DNA of 64,000 nucleotides, taken from contig CAWKNZ010000005.1 in the NCBI GenBank assembly GCA_963851265.1, positions 249,612-313,611 on the forward strand. Direction: 5' to 3'. The stretch is from an uncultured Gemmatimonadales bacterium (GTDB lineage: Bacteria > Gemmatimonadota > Gemmatimonadetes > Gemmatimonadales > Gemmatimonadaceae). The notes beneath the pieces are model-generated. The model worked only from the letters and a program-made list of their open reading frames with translations, was not told where the DNA came from and searched no databases. Position numbers and translations under genes: made by a program. Shown here one piece after another: positions 58,390 to 64,000 of the stretch; positions within the stretch are counted from its first letter, which is position 1; every line of letters begins with the position of its first letter.

Positions 58390-59078
58390 TGAGCGCGCAC
58401 GGAAAGAAGTACCGCGCCGCCGCCGAGAAGCTCAACGGCGCGAGCGCCTACCAGGCGCGCCAGGCGATCGACGCCGTGAAGACGGCGGGCTACGCGAAGT
58501 TCGACGAGACGGTCGAGGTCGCGGTACGACTCGGCGTCGACCCGCGCCACGCCGACCAGGTCGTCCGCGGCACCGTGGTGCTGCCGGCCGGGACGGGGAA
58601 GAGCGTGCGCGTGCTCGTCATCGCGCAGGGCCCCCGCCAGGCGGAAGCCGAGGCGGCAGGCGCCGACATGGTTGGCGTCGAGTACGTCCAGAAGATCAAG
58701 GACGGGTTCCTCGACTTCGACGTCATGGTCGCCACGCCCGACCTCATGGGCCAGGTCGGCCAGCTGGGACGCGTCCTGGGCCCCCGCGGGCTCATGCCGA
58801 ACCCGAAGGCCGGCACCGTGACCTTCGACGTCGGCCGCGCCGTGCGCGAGCTGAAGGCCGGTAAGATCGAGTTCCGCGTCGACAAGGGCGGCAACGTGCA
58901 CGCCCCGATCGGCAAGCTCTCGTTCCCCGCCGAGGCGCTCGAGCAGAACTTCTCGGCCCTCATGGACCAGATCGTCCGCTCCAAGCCCGCCGCGGCCAAG
59001 GGCGTGTACGTGAAGAACGTCGCGATGTCGAGCTCGATGGGGCCCGGCGTCACGATCGACACCACGCCCTACCGTTAG
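58389..59078 (+). CDS. rplA: 50S ribosomal protein L1
   Basis: [27 protein letters not shown]. Confidence 0.98.
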   Translation: MSAHGKKYRAAAEKLNGASAYQARQAIDAVKTAGYAKFDETVEVAVRLGVDPRHADQVVRGTVVLPAGTGKSVRVLVIAQGPRQAEAEAAGADMVGVEYVQKIKDGFLDFDVMVATPDLMGQVGQLGRVLGPRGLMPNPKAGTVTFDVGRAVRELKAGKIEFRVDKGGNVHAPIGKLSFPAEALEQNFSALMDQIVRSKPAAAKGVYVKNVAMSSSMGPGVTIDTTPYR

Positions 59079-59090
59079 GCCGGGGACGCC

Positions 59091-59627
59091 ATGAAGCGCA
59101 ACGAAAAGGAACAGCTCGTCGTCGAGCTGAAAGACAAGATGCAGGGCGCCCAGGCGCTCTACTTCACCGACTTCACCGGGATGAGCGTGAAGCGGATGAC
59201 CGACCTCCGCCGCCGCCTGCGCAAGGCCGGCGTCGAGTACGTGGTCATCAAGAACACGCTCGCCCTGCGCGCGGTCAACGAGAGCGGCCTCGCCGGCGAG
59301 CGCCTCCGGGGGCCCACCGGCATCATCGTCGCCAAGGACGCGCTCGCGGGCGCCAAGGCGATCACCGACTTCGCGAAGGAGAACGACCAGAAGCCCGTCG
59401 TGAAGGGCGGGATGTTCGACGGTCGCGCGATCGACGCGGAGCAGGTGAAGGCGCTGGCCTCGATGCCCTCGCGCGAGCAGATGCTCGCCGAGCTCGGCGC
59501 GGGCCTCATGGCCCCGCTCGCGCAGTTCGCCGGCGCGATGAACGGGCTGATGTACATGATGGTCGGCGCGCTCGAGGCGCTCCGCACGCAGAAGGAATCC
59601 GGTGCGCCCGCGGACGCGGCTGCCTAA
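59091..59627 (+). CDS. rplJ: 50S ribosomal protein L10
   Basis: LRR.LR, VIKNTL, L.GPT, LASMPSRE; synteny. Confidence 0.96.
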   Translation: MKRNEKEQLVVELKDKMQGAQALYFTDFTGMSVKRMTDLRRRLRKAGVEYVVIKNTLALRAVNESGLAGERLRGPTGIIVAKDALAGAKAITDFAKENDQKPVVKGGMFDGRAIDAEQVKALASMPSREQMLAELGAGLMAPLAQFAGAMNGLMYMMVGALEALRTQKESGAPADAAA

Positions 59628-59655
59628 CCCCTACCCTCTCCAGGAGAACTGACTG

Positions 59656-60045
59656 ATGGCTACCATGACCAACGACGAGATCCTCGACGCGATCGGCAAC
59701 AAGACCGTGTTCGAGCTGGCCGAGCTCATCGAGAGCTTCAAGAGCAAGTTCAACGTCACGATCGCGGCCGCCCCCGTGGGCGGTGCGGCGCCCGCCGGCG
59801 GCGGCGCGGCCCCCGCGGCCCCGGTCGAAGAGCAGACCGAGTTCGACGTCATCCTCAAGGAGGCGGGCGCGAAGAAGATCCAGGTCATCAAGGTGGTGCG
59901 CGAGCTCACCGGCCTGGGCCTCAAGGAAGCGAAGGACCTCGTCGACGGCGCGCCCCAGACGGTGAAGTCGGGCGTGTCGAAGGACGAGGCCGCCAGCATG
60001 AAGGCGAAGCTCGAAGAGCAGGGCGCCGGCGTCGACGTGAAGTAA
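59656..60045 (+). CDS. rplL: 50S ribosomal protein L7/L12
   Basis: [33 protein letters not shown]. Confidence 0.98.
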   Translation: MATMTNDEILDAIGNKTVFELAELIESFKSKFNVTIAAAPVGGAAPAGGGAAPAAPVEEQTEFDVILKEAGAKKIQVIKVVRELTGLGLKEAKDLVDGAPQTVKSGVSKDEAASMKAKLEEQGAGVDVK

Positions 60046-60184
60046 GGCGGCCCGGCGGCCCGGGGCAGGGCGGCGCCACTCGGCGCCCCCTTGCCCCGGC
60101 CCGCTCCGGCCCCCTTACTTTCACTCTGCGCCGTGACCTACTTCGTTCGTCGCTCCACAATCTGAGCAGTACGCCGCTCCGCCT

Positions 60185-60229
60185 CCGCCCCTCGCCGTTT
60201 CACGGCAGGGGCGGGGTCGGGGCTCTTTT
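60185..60229 (+). terminator. Stem-loop with downstream T-run in the rplL-rpoB spacer (possible attenuator)
   Basis: CCGCCCCT-C-GCCGT-TTC-ACGGC-AGGGGCGG, then CTCTTTT. Confidence 0.4.
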
Positions 60230-60386
60230 CGCCTGTCCGGGGTACAACACGGTTCGCCGCCACCGGCGGCTCGATCGGACAGGGTTCATTCCGGCGCCAT
60301 CTGGCGCCGTTTGCCGCACTTCGTGCCGCACCGCCCGCCGCACCCAACCGGGGTGCTAGAGCGCGGGCCCCTCACGCGGGGACGAC

Positions 60387-64000
<3,614 letters not shown>

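Overview
Very GC-rich (roughly 70-75% by eye) bacterial chromosomal window, mostly core genome; gene content and style suggest Gemmatimonadota (inference). It carries sbcDC, a PTPS-folE-SDR pterin operon, an orphan ParA operon, ligA, a response regulator/diguanylate cyclase pair, pdp, recF-dciA-gyrB, a type IB topoisomerase, glpK, ccmEFH, uvrA, sdaAB/AA, pspA, cysS, four tRNAs (the Thr-Tyr-Gly-Thr-tuf cluster is split by a ~6.3 kb accessory block) and tuf-rpmG-secE-nusG-rplKAJL-rpoB (rpoB runs off the end). I found no CRISPR array, integrase or transposase. The most striking unexplained signal is a non-palindromic octamer, CGTTAGGC/GCCTAACG, with 24 exact copies by manual count. It occurs as the rare Leu codon TTA inside genes, as stop codons and between genes, and one extended inverted pair brackets a single gene exactly. 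Other signals: G-skewed codon usage across most of tuf, a ~128-nt intergenic hairpin, a BH4-type PTPS, a Cys-type CcmE and probable leaderless promoters.
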